The notes under the pieces were generated by a model. The model did no database searches. It had not been told where the DNA came from and saw only the letters and a program-made list of their open reading frames with translations. From an uncultured Candidatus Saccharibacteria bacterium (GTDB taxonomy: Bacteria > Patescibacteriota > Minisyncoccia > Minisyncoccales > GWA2-38-27), in assembly GCA_964506305.1 (NCBI GenBank), contig CAZDKD010000001.1, forward strand, positions 8,031 to 72,030: a stretch of DNA of 64,000 nucleotides. Direction: 5' to 3'. Both the position numbers and the translations under genes were made by a program. This document shows, in pieces, positions 9,034 through 17,170 of this stretch. Within the stretch, counting starts at the first letter, position 1. Every line of letters starts with the position of its first letter.

Positions 9034-10104
9034 ATGAGTATTTCTGACAGGGTAAAATTGACTGATATGACGAGAAGCAGAGGAAGAGGAGTAATTGAAA
9101 AACTGTATCGAATGTTTTATTTGCAGGGACCAGGCGCTGGAACGTTTCTAGGGCTTCCTTTTGACCAGTTGGTTGAACACGGGCCCGGCCACGAATTTAA
9201 ATGGGAACATTGCGCTAAACCACGGTCAGTAATAGAATTAGCCAATCGGGGCAGAGAATATTTTTCAGCTCTAGTGTTATCCATAGGCCAGGCTCAGAAG
9301 TATCAGCACGATATTGACCATGCTATTCCCTTGATAGTAAAATTGGACGGTCATTTCTATACCGGCAAAGCTAACCAAGTTAATTATCCCCGGCACACTA
9401 TGTTTGGTTCGGTAGAAGATGCTTTGAAAATGGGAGCTTGTGCTGTAGGATTGAGTTTTTATCTGGGTTCAGAGCAAACCGGAGAAGACGTAGAAAGAAT
9501 AGCTTTTATAAGAGAGGAAGCTCACAATAACGGTTTGCCTCTGGTTTTATGGAGTTATCCTCGAGGACCTTTATTCGATACTATTCAGGCAAATAGTTTA
9601 TTGTCTTGCCATTACGCTGTTTCGGCTGCCGAGTCGTTAGGAGCTGATGTGGTAAAAACAAAATTTCCTAGCGTGGTCGCGCCAAAGTGCAGGGATGCCT
9701 ATGAGAAATTTATCAAAGAAGAATATTCTAAAAAGATCCCCGAGGCAACTAGGTATCTGGAGTTTGAGCCCGGAAAGAAAAAATTAGCAGCTTACGAAAA
9801 AAGAATGGAAGAAAAAGATAAAAATCCGAATTTTGATTCTCTTCTTGACAGGGCCCGGCATATTGAAAGAGCAAGAATAGTTGTCAGAGCCGCAACCAGA
9901 ACATTTGTAATATTTTCCGGAGGGCCCAGAACAACAGGTAGTGCAAAATCTGATTTAACCAAAAGTACTGAGATAATTATGGAAGCAGACGGCGAGGGAA
10001 GAATTATTGGCAGAAACCTCTGGGGAATCCCGGTTGAAGAAGGTCTTAAATTAGCGAAAGCTGTAACTGAGGTTATGCAAAAGGACGGATTTAAGAGATG
10101 GTGA
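9034..10104 (+). CDS. Class I aldolase, DhnA/FbaB family
   Basis: LPFDQLVEHGP, LWSYPRG, LGADVVKT, FSGG, IIGRNLW. Confidence 0.88.
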   Translation: MSISDRVKLTDMTRSRGRGVIEKLYRMFYLQGPGAGTFLGLPFDQLVEHGPGHEFKWEHCAKPRSVIELANRGREYFSALVLSIGQAQKYQHDIDHAIPLIVKLDGHFYTGKANQVNYPRHTMFGSVEDALKMGACAVGLSFYLGSEQTGEDVERIAFIREEAHNNGLPLVLWSYPRGPLFDTIQANSLLSCHYAVSAAESLGADVVKTKFPSVVAPKCRDAYEKFIKEEYSKKIPEATRYLEFEPGKKKLAAYEKRMEEKDKNPNFDSLLDRARHIERARIVVRAATRTFVIFSGGPRTTGSAKSDLTKSTEIIMEADGEGRIIGRNLWGIPVEEGLKLAKAVTEVMQKDGFKRW

Positions 10105-10118
10105 ATTTTTTAAAAACA

Positions 10119-10149
10119 AAAAGCGCCCCGTCAAGACGGAGCGCTTTTA
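10119..10149 (+). terminator. Intrinsic terminator
   Basis: AAAAGCGCCCCGTCAAGACGGAGCGCTTTT; near copy at 16381-16411. Confidence 0.75.
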
Positions 10150-10152
10150 TTC

Positions 10153-10406
10153 TTGACAAGACTTCATCGCTTGCTAAAATAAAAGTAGTTCTTTGTTTTG
10201 TAAAAGAGAAGAGAGCCTTTTCAAAAACTTATTAAGATCAGGTTTAAGAGGGATTTACTCCCTATTATTTGTGGTGAATTTGAAAAATTGTTGATTCACA
10301 GCTCCCTCTATTTTGAGGTAAAATGAGCTCAAAAGTTTAAAAATTCTATTTACAGGCTCTCTTCTCTCTATTTGCTCTTTTAAAGAGGCTTAATTTAAGC
10401 CTCTTT
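10153..10406 (+). ncRNA. Stem-enclosed RNA module 1 with promoter and terminator
   Basis: TTGACA 10153; perfect 14-bp stem 10205-10218/10354-10367; TGCTCTTT 10373; terminator 10382-10406; no ORF. Confidence 0.6.
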
Positions 10407-10410
10407 GTTC

Positions 10411-10608
10411 TTGACAGATTCTTTTGATTGTCTTAGAATAAAGGAAGTTTTGTGATAGAAAAGAGAGTCCCTGAAGAAAATTTTTGTGAAAAGAGTAAGG
10501 ATACTCATATCTCCTTTCTTTTTTAACCGGGAACTCGTTGTTTCCATCTTCATACTCTCTTCTCTTTCTTTTGTTCTTTCAAAGACCCCGCCTTGGCAGG
10601 GTCTTTTT
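10411..10608 (+). ncRNA. Stem-enclosed RNA module 2
   Basis: TTGACA-17-TAGAAT; stem 10457-10476/10548-10565; TCGTT-loop hairpin 10529-10545; TTGTTCTTT; terminator 10581-10608. Confidence 0.65.
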
Positions 10609-10644
10609 TAAATCAACTAGCAGGGGGACCGGGTTTTTTAAACC

Positions 10645-10840
10645 TTGACAAGATTTTTTAATTATGTAATATAAAAATTAGTTGTTTTAAAATATAAATA
10701 TTCCGGAAAGTTGGGGCTAGTCCTCCAATAGCAGGGCAGCGGTTTCGTCGGAAGACCGTGGTAAGAAGCTGGCGCGCTTATATTTGTGCCAGTCAACCCG
10801 CTAACAACTAGTTGGCAAACAATTTTTCAAGAAAGAAAGG
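10645..10840 (+). promoter_or_regulatory. Promoter plus GC-rich structured leader (riboswitch-like, unassigned)
   Basis: TTGACA 10645; TAGCAGGG/CCCGCTA enclosing CGGTTTC-GAAGACCG and CTGGCGC/GTGCCAG hairpins. Confidence 0.45.
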
Positions 10841-10848
10841 TGGCTATT

Positions 10849-11043
10849 ATGAATAGTCCGATGAGTCCAAGAGGCCCGATGGGTCCGATGACAGCGAATA
10901 ATCTCTCGAATTGCCTTCAAGCTACGAAGGGTCCAATAATTCGTAAGAACTCTGCTGTCTACCAAGATGTAATTGGAAGAAGCCAGAAGATTCGTTTGAT
11001 GCCGGGTGAGGCCCAAGTGCTAAGGATGAAGTACGGTAAGTAG
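10849..11043 (+). CDS. 64-aa hypothetical protein
   Basis: SD GAAAGGTGG, ATG 10849, terminator 11064-11095. Confidence 0.6.
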   Translation: MNSPMSPRGPMGPMTANNLSNCLQATKGPIIRKNSAVYQDVIGRSQKIRLMPGEAQVLRMKYGK

Positions 11044-11111
11044 GCATGAAAATGCCAATAAGCAAAACGGAAGAGAAAATTCTCTTCCGTTTTTTATTAT
11101 TGAAGTTGAAG

Positions 11112-11254
11112 TTGACAATTTTTTTGGTTGTATTAAGATAAATTCGTTTAAATATTATTGAGGGAGGGGAGTCCATTTCTAAGGGGGCGCTATCGCTACG
11201 GCTGCCTAATCTCCCTTTCCTCTATATTGTTCTTTTAAAGTTGAAAGGAGAGAG
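11112..11254 (+). ncRNA. Stem-enclosed RNA module 3, followed by orphan SD
   Basis: TTGACA-16-TAAGAT; stem 11160-11171/11211-11222; TCGCTACGGCTG; TTGTTCTTT; GAAAGGAG with no ATG. Confidence 0.55.
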
Positions 11255-11288
11255 AAAATAAACCTTCAGCTAAAAAGTGCAATAGGGG

Positions 11289-11448
11289 TTGACAAGATTT
11301 TTTAATTATGCTAAGGTGTATTTATTGGATTTCATTATATATACAGTAAGAGGAAAGAGAACCTCTGGGATGTGAGACCTGATGGCAACCCGAAAGAAGT
11401 CCAAACAGGGCAATTCTATATTCTCTTTCCTCTACTTGTTAGTTCTTT
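11289..11448 (+). ncRNA. Stem-enclosed RNA module 4
   Basis: TTGACA 11289; perfect 13-bp stem 11349-11361/11421-11433; AGTTCTTT 11441. Confidence 0.6.
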
Positions 11449-11465
11449 ATACCAATGCTTTTCAT

Positions 11466-11626
11466 GGATGATGAGAGAGTTGCTTAATGGATTAAGTAAT
11501 TGGACTCGCTTTTTTAAAAAAAAGCGAGCCGACCAATTTACATTTTGCGAATGCGCGCATTCGCCACTGCTATGCTCTCTTTCACATCCTTTATTCTTTA
11601 AAGACCCAAAACAATTTGGGTCTTTT
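11466..11626 (+). ncRNA. Stem-enclosed RNA module 5 (multi-hairpin)
   Basis: Stem 11466-11480/11574-11589 enclosing three hairpins; TATTCTTT; terminator 11600-11626. Confidence 0.55.
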
Positions 11627-11663
11627 CTTTTTTCAAGAAATATATTAAGATAAATAAGACACG

Positions 11664-11836
11664 GGAAAAGAGAGTTTTGAAGACAAAATTAAAAGTTAAT
11701 ATCGGCTCTTCGTCTACAACGTTCTCAATGGTGAAACTTGTACATTTTTAAGCATGGAAACTCGTTGTTTCCAACTTCATACTCTCTTTTCCATTTATAG
11801 TTCTTTTGAGCCTAATTTTATTAGGCTCTTTTTTTT
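11664..11836 (+). ncRNA. Stem-enclosed RNA module 6 (paralog of module 2)
   Basis: Stem 11664-11682/11775-11792; GGAAAC-TCGTT-GTTTCC hairpin; TAGTTCTTT; terminator 11808-11836. Confidence 0.65.
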
Positions 11837-11965
11837 GACAAATTTTCTGGTTTGATTTAAGATGGGCCTACCTAAACACCGTCAAGGAAAGAAAGTTCCT
11901 ACCTTCGTCGCTGCGGCTGGTATACTCTCTTTCCTCATTTATTGTTCTTTAAAAATTGAAAGGGG
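11835..11965 (+). promoter_or_regulatory. Stem-enclosed RNA module 7 acting as leader of the subtilase gene
   Basis: TTGACA-17-TAAGAT; stem 11885-11903/11919-11935; TCGCTGCGGCTG; ATTGTTCTTT; SD GAAAGGGG. Confidence 0.6.
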
Positions 11966-11971
11966 ATAGGA

Positions 11972-13093
11972 ATGTTTATCAAACAGAAATTTTTTCAAAA
12001 GGGTATGCTTGTTTTTGCTTTTTTATTGGAGGCTATTAATTTGTGCGGATGTACTAGAAATAAGAAGCCCAAAAGAAAAGTAGTTGTATTTGTGCTGGAT
12101 AGCTTTATAGAAGAAGAGAGCCACGGCGAGCTCGTGGCGGATATAATTGAAGAGAAATCTCTTTCTAAGTGTGAGATAAAAATTATAGATGTTTTCTTTT
12201 CAATAGGAGCAAAAAAGAACAAATATTTAAAGGCCTTAGCAGATGTTTCGGATTATGCAGATAAGCATCCGAATGAAGCAATTGTGGTGAATATAAGTTT
12301 GTGCAGCAAGAATTATAATCTATTAGAGCATTTAATGATTTCAGAGCTTTATGAAAAAGGAGTGATAGTTGTAGCTGCGGCGGGTAATGACGCTACTTCT
12401 AATAGGCGATATCCGGCAGCTTATAGAGAGACAATAGCGGTTGCTGCTTTACATTGGAAAAGGAAAGCTGATTATTCTAACTATGGCAGTCATATTGATT
12501 TAGCTACGTCTGGTTTTGGAAGCGAAAAGTTATTGAAAAAAGAAACATCTGGAGGAGGCCTTTTTATAGAGGAAACGAAGTATTACAGCGTAAGAGGCGG
12601 AACATCGTTTGCAACGCCAAGAGTTGCTGGCTTAATCGCTTATTTATTAAGGCAGAGGCCAGAGCTAAGCCCTAGAGAGATAGTTCATCTTGTAAAAGAA
12701 AATGCTACTCCTGTAAAGGACAAATTTGGGCGTTGTGGACTATTAGGCGCGAGAATCAATCCTTACGGCACTATCTTTGCTGTTGATCCTGTTTACCAAC
12801 GAGCCCTCGTTTTTCAAATTGCTTCCATTGTTGCAGTGTTAATTTTTTGGATTTTTTGCGATAGATTCTTTGATGCCAATGGCGGATTATTTTTTACAGG
12901 TTTGTTGCTATTCGGATTATTGCTAATAGCAGCAAATATTATTCTTATTCAGGCCTGGAATATCATATACGGCACTATTGCAGGCAGCACATTAATTTTA
13001 TTGGCTGGTCTTTGCCTTCCCATGATGTACTCTTTTAATAAAAAGAAAAAAGAAAAGGAAAAAATGGAAAGGCTTGGCGAATTTGAAACTTAA
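11972..13093 (+). CDS. S8 subtilisin-family serine protease with C-terminal TM helices
   Basis: VFVLDS, SHGELVA, AAAGND, YPAA, GTSFATP. Confidence 0.9.
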   Translation: MFIKQKFFQKGMLVFAFLLEAINLCGCTRNKKPKRKVVVFVLDSFIEEESHGELVADIIEEKSLSKCEIKIIDVFFSIGAKKNKYLKALADVSDYADKHPNEAIVVNISLCSKNYNLLEHLMISELYEKGVIVVAAAGNDATSNRRYPAAYRETIAVAALHWKRKADYSNYGSHIDLATSGFGSEKLLKKETSGGGLFIEETKYYSVRGGTSFATPRVAGLIAYLLRQRPELSPREIVHLVKENATPVKDKFGRCGLLGARINPYGTIFAVDPVYQRALVFQIASIVAVLIFWIFCDRFFDANGGLFFTGLLLFGLLLIAANIILIQAWNIIYGTIAGSTLILLAGLCLPMMYSFNKKKKEKEKMERLGEFET

Positions 13094-13203
13094 AGCGGAG
13101 AATAATTCTCCGCTTTTTTTTATTTTAGCTTGAAAATAACCCAAAAAAGAGTTAGATTAAAAGTGGAAAAATTTCTTAAAAACTCAAATAATAAAATAAA
13201 AAC

Positions 13204-13716
13204 ATGAACATAACTTTAATTGGTATGGCAGGTGTAGGTAAAAGTTCTGTAGGAAAAAAGTTGGCAAAAAAATTAAACTATAAGTTTCTGGATATAGATA
13301 AAATAATTGAAAAGAGGACCAAGTTAAGGTTGCAACAAATAATAGATAATTTTGGAGAGGACAGGCTTTTAAAGATTGAAGAAGAAATGATTTTAGGATT
13401 AGGCGAACTTAATAATTGTATAATCTCTCCAGGAGGCAGTGCGATATATTCAACAAAAGCAATGGAAGCTCTTAAGAAAAAATCTGTTATTGTTTTTTTG
13501 AATACCCCATTTAAAAACATAGAAAGAGTGATTACAGAACGAGAGAAAAAAACGAGAGGGATTGTTGGATTAAAAAAGAAAAGCTTAAAAGCTCTTTTTA
13601 ACGAAAGGTTGGTCCTTTATCGGAAATATGCAGATGTAGTGGTAGAAATATCAGAAAGGTTTAACGCTAAGTTTATTATAAAAGACATAATTCAAAAGAT
13701 AACTCATATAAGTTAA
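13204..13716 (+). CDS. aroK: Shikimate kinase
   Basis: ITLIGMAGVGKSSVG, FLDID, ISPGGS, ERLVLYRKYAD. Confidence 0.92.
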   Translation: MNITLIGMAGVGKSSVGKKLAKKLNYKFLDIDKIIEKRTKLRLQQIIDNFGEDRLLKIEEEMILGLGELNNCIISPGGSAIYSTKAMEALKKKSVIVFLNTPFKNIERVITEREKKTRGIVGLKKKSLKALFNERLVLYRKYADVVVEISERFNAKFIIKDIIQKITHIS

Positions 13717-13765
13717 ACCCGAGATAGAAAAATCAAAGACCCCGCCAAGGCGGGGCCTTTTTTAA

Positions 13766-13803
13766 TTGACAAACTCCTAATTCTGTGATATTTTTCATTA
13801 GTG
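13766..13803 (+). promoter_or_regulatory. Duplicated cassette promoter
   Basis: ATTGACAAACTCCTAATTCTGTGATATTTTTCATTAGT identical at 14875; variants at 16419 and 17100. Confidence 0.8.
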
Positions 13804-13841
13804 ATTAAATGTTCATTTAAAATTTAGAAAGGAGATAGAAA

Positions 13842-14831
13842 ATGAAAAAGATGATAGAGGTAGGTATTGTAGGATTTGGCAATGTTGGGCGAGGTGTTTT
13901 TAAGGCAGTTGAAAAGAATTCGGACATGGAAGTAGGTGCAATTTTTACACGAAGGCCGGATGTGGTCCGCAAAGAATTAAAAGGGGTTTTTGTTTTTGAC
14001 ACAGAACAAGCTTTTTATACTCCCGGTGCTAGGATTGATGTGATGATTCTTTGTGGGGGATCAAAAGAAGATTTACCGGTTCAGGGGCCAAAGTTTGCCC
14101 AAAAATTTAATACTGTTGACAGTTTTGATACCCATGATGACATTCCTGATTATTTTGAGGCAATGAAACTTTGTTCCGAAGAGGGAAACAACGTATCTGT
14201 TATTTCTGCCGGCTGGGATCCGGGAATTTTTTCTTTAGAGAGAGTTTTTGGAGACGCTTTTCTTCCTCTGGATAATAAAACGTATACTTTTTGGGGAAAG
14301 GGCGTTAGCCAAGGGCATTCGGACGCAGCAAGAAAAGTGAACGGCGTAGCGGACGCCAGGCAATATACGATTCCCTTAGAGAATAGCTTGGAGAAAGTAA
14401 GAAAAGGGGAGAGCCCCACTTTTACCAAGAGGCAAATGCATAAGCGCCTTGTTTACGTTGTTCCTGAAGAAGATGCAGACTTGGAAAGCATTGAAAAGAG
14501 TATAGTATTAATGCCTAATTATTTTAACGAGTATGATACAGAGGTAGTTTTCATTAGTAAAGAAGAAATGAAGAAGAGTCATAGCGATTATACCCATGGA
14601 GGTTTTGTTTTAACATCAGGGGAAACAGGGGAAGGAAATAATCAAATACTGGAATACAAGTGCCATTTGGAAAACAACCCCGAGTTTACAGGAAGTGTTT
14701 TAGCGGCTTGTGCAAGAGCTGCCTCTAAATTAAACAGAGTGGGGAGGAGAGGAGCTTTTACTATGTTAGATATTCCTCCTTGCTATTTAAGCCCCCATTC
14801 TTCATCTTTTTTAAGAAAGAAATTTATGTGA
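13842..14831 (+). CDS. ddh: meso-diaminopimelate D-dehydrogenase
   Basis: GFGNVG, LCGGS, TVDSFDTH, GWDPG, TFWGKGVSQGHSDA, HGG, NPEFT. Confidence 0.95.
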   Translation: MKKMIEVGIVGFGNVGRGVFKAVEKNSDMEVGAIFTRRPDVVRKELKGVFVFDTEQAFYTPGARIDVMILCGGSKEDLPVQGPKFAQKFNTVDSFDTHDDIPDYFEAMKLCSEEGNNVSVISAGWDPGIFSLERVFGDAFLPLDNKTYTFWGKGVSQGHSDAARKVNGVADARQYTIPLENSLEKVRKGESPTFTKRQMHKRLVYVVPEEDADLESIEKSIVLMPNYFNEYDTEVVFISKEEMKKSHSDYTHGGFVLTSGETGEGNNQILEYKCHLENNPEFTGSVLAACARAASKLNRVGRRGAFTMLDIPPCYLSPHSSSFLRKKFM

Positions 14832-14944
14832 TTTAACAATCTTTAAGCCCGAGAAAATTCCCGGGCTTTTTTTATTGACAAACTCCTAATTCTGTGATAT
14901 TTTTCATTAGTAATTAAATAGTTCTTTAAAAAAGGAGATTGATT

Positions 14945-15208
14945 ATGAATGACAAACAGATATATCTAGTTATTGGGCTTATTATTTCAACTCTTATATT
15001 TGGTATGGGAGTAAACGCTATAGACAGCACAGTTTCTTCCATGGCAACAAAAAGCCCTGAATCATTAGAAGGTGTAGCAGAAACCTTATTTTTTAAGACA
15101 AGCTTTTCTTTTCAATATCACCTTGGTATGGTTCTGGTTTTCGTTAGCTTTATTTTAACTATCGGAATAATGTTGTGGTATTTTCAGAAAAAACCTACTA
15201 AAGAATAA
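14945..15208 (+). CDS. Small two-TM membrane protein
   Basis: SD AAGGAG; two hydrophobic segments. Confidence 0.65.
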   Translation: MNDKQIYLVIGLIISTLIFGMGVNAIDSTVSSMATKSPESLEGVAETLFFKTSFSFQYHLGMVLVFVSFILTIGIMLWYFQKKPTKE

Positions 15209-15226
15209 AAATAGAAAGGAGAAGTC

Positions 15227-15847
15227 ATGTTTAAGAAAATTGATTTAGCTGTATTGTGTTTATTGTTAATGATTGCTGGGTGTGCTCAGTATGATGCAAC
15301 AAGTAATGTTAACGCTTATAGCAAGCTGCGTATATCTGAAGTCCGTTTTCCTCCTCCCGTAGGGTCTGTTTCTAATATTTCCTTAGGGCCTATTTCTTTA
15401 GGCTTTGGAGATTCTTCAGTAGAGGGCTATACAAGAGGGTGGTTTGTGATGTCCCAAGGCGGATATGGAGGTAGTTATATCACAACATCCCCCTTAGAAG
15501 GCATTCATTTAGCGTGTACATACAACGGTTTAAGCTTTATCAAAATAGGATGGGGTTGGAAGGGATCGACAGACAGAGGAATAAAGCTGGGTTCAACGAA
15601 AAAAAAGGTTAAAAAGGCTTATCCGGAAACAACCTCTGATTTCCTTGGTAATTTAGTATGGAAAATAGACAAAATAGATAACTCTGTGCCAGATAGTCCG
15701 GCCAAGTGGTGCGTAAGAGACCAAATAACCTTTGAGTTTATATTTGATAGGCTTTCTGGTATAAGAATAAACAGAAAAAAAGGCTATATTTATAAGGGAA
15801 AATTTACAATGGATTTTCAAAAAGTAGCTTCTGGGACGGATTGGTAA
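15227..15847 (+). CDS. Hypothetical lipoprotein
   Basis: LLMIAGC lipobox; SD GAAAGGAG. Confidence 0.7.
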   Translation: MFKKIDLAVLCLLLMIAGCAQYDATSNVNAYSKLRISEVRFPPPVGSVSNISLGPISLGFGDSSVEGYTRGWFVMSQGGYGGSYITTSPLEGIHLACTYNGLSFIKIGWGWKGSTDRGIKLGSTKKKVKKAYPETTSDFLGNLVWKIDKIDNSVPDSPAKWCVRDQITFEFIFDRLSGIRINRKKGYIYKGKFTMDFQKVASGTDW

Positions 15848-16014
15848 TAGCTTTATAAGGCCCAACTTATGTTGGGTCTTTTTTATTGCCTCCTACTCCG
15901 TCCCGCTGAAAGCGGGACGGGGTTTATTATGCGACAGAGGTTTCGGGGAAATTTTGGATTGATTTTTGCTTAGAAAAGAGTTAGGGTGGAAAATAGAAAT
16001 AAAAAACAAAAACT

Positions 16015-16332
16015 ATGAATGAATTAAATGATCAAAATTTTGAAGAAGAAGTTATAAAAAGCGAAAAACCGGTTTTAGTGGATTTTTGGAGTCCAACCTG
16101 TCCTCCTTGTGTAATATTAGGGCCAATTATTGAGGAGATTGCTAAAGATTTTGAAGGGAAGGCAAAGGTTGGAAAATTAAATGTGATGGAAAACCCAGAA
16201 ACTGCTGGAAAATATAAAATTGTTGGCATTCCAACTATTATCATTTTCAAAAATGGAGAACCAATAGAAAGAGCAACCGGACTGCGCCCCAAAGAGGCAA
16301 TCGCAGATAAACTTAATTCTATAATATCCTAA
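16015..16332 (+). CDS. trxA: Thioredoxin
   Basis: VLVDFWSPTCPPC, GIPT, FKNG. Confidence 0.9.
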   Translation: MNELNDQNFEEEVIKSEKPVLVDFWSPTCPPCVILGPIIEEIAKDFEGKAKVGKLNVMENPETAGKYKIVGIPTIIIFKNGEPIERATGLRPKEAIADKLNSIIS

Positions 16333-16497
16333 GCCACGGAAGGATGTTTAAAACTCCGTAAAAATTAAACCAATAATATCAAAAAACGCTCCGCCAAGAC
16401 GGAGCGCTTTTTGTTTTATTGACAAATTCATAATTTCGTGATATTTTTCACTAGCGTATTAAACAAACAGTTCTTTGAAAATTGAAAGGAGATTGAA

Positions 16498-16965
16498 ATG
16501 CTTATAGATTGTGCAATTACTCTTGGGTCTGTTCAATCCGTCCTAGACAGAGGTGTGGATGGAATCACAATAATCTTACTCCTACTTTGTTTCATCGTTT
16601 TATTTGGCCTAATGTTTCTAAGCTTCTTTACAGGGTTGATTTCTGATCTAAAATCTCGCTGGCTAGATGATGAACATTTGGCGGGCATAGTAATTGGATC
16701 TTCTCTTCAAGCACTTGCCTCGCTTATTTTATTTGTATATTTTACAGAAATGGGCAGAGAGTTTTTTCAATCGATTGAAGTTTTTGGTATACTTACATTG
16801 TTTGGATTCCTCGTTTTAGGGAGTTTACTTCTTACACCAATTGCGGTCATAAATGTATTACTTTACCTTATAGGAAGGTTTTTGCGATATACTGTTTATT
16901 TTTCCGGAAAATTTCTTAGCCGGGGAAAGAAAAATAAAAGATGGGCCAGATGTCAAGTAAGATAA
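16498..16965 (+). CDS. Hypothetical membrane protein
   Basis: Own promoter, SD and terminator; 3-4 TM segments. Confidence 0.65.
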   Translation: MLIDCAITLGSVQSVLDRGVDGITIILLLLCFIVLFGLMFLSFFTGLISDLKSRWLDDEHLAGIVIGSSLQALASLILFVYFTEMGREFFQSIEVFGILTLFGFLVLGSLLLTPIAVINVLLYLIGRFLRYTVYFSGKFLSRGKKNKRWARCQVR

Positions 16966-17170
16966 GTGAGCATTTATCAAAAGACCCAAAATAATTTGGG
17001 TCTTTTTTATTCCCCTGCCCCCGCGGGGGCAGGGGAAGGATGTTATTATGCGACAGGGATTTTAGGGAAACCCTGGGTTGAATTTCGCTCAAAAAAGAAT
17101 TGACAAACTCATTTTTTTGTGATATTTTTCAGTAGGTATTAAATAGTTCTTTAAAAAAAGGAGATAGGAA

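Noticed and set aside
10786-10848. Upstream GTG start for the small ORF
   Set aside because: Lies in the structured leader; SD supports ATG 10849
11372-11653. 93-aa ORF
   Set aside because: No SD, runs through palindromes and a terminator; likely spurious over RNA modules 4-5
10153-11965. CRISPR or box C/D tandem-guide array
   Set aside because: No identical regularly spaced direct repeats, no consistent box C/D motifs, and no cas or Nop-domain gene in the window
10153-11965. tRNA or rRNA genes suggested by boxA and long stems
   Set aside because: No cloverleaf with TTC T-loop/CCA and no rRNA signature; the CTCGTTG match to 16S is only 7 nt
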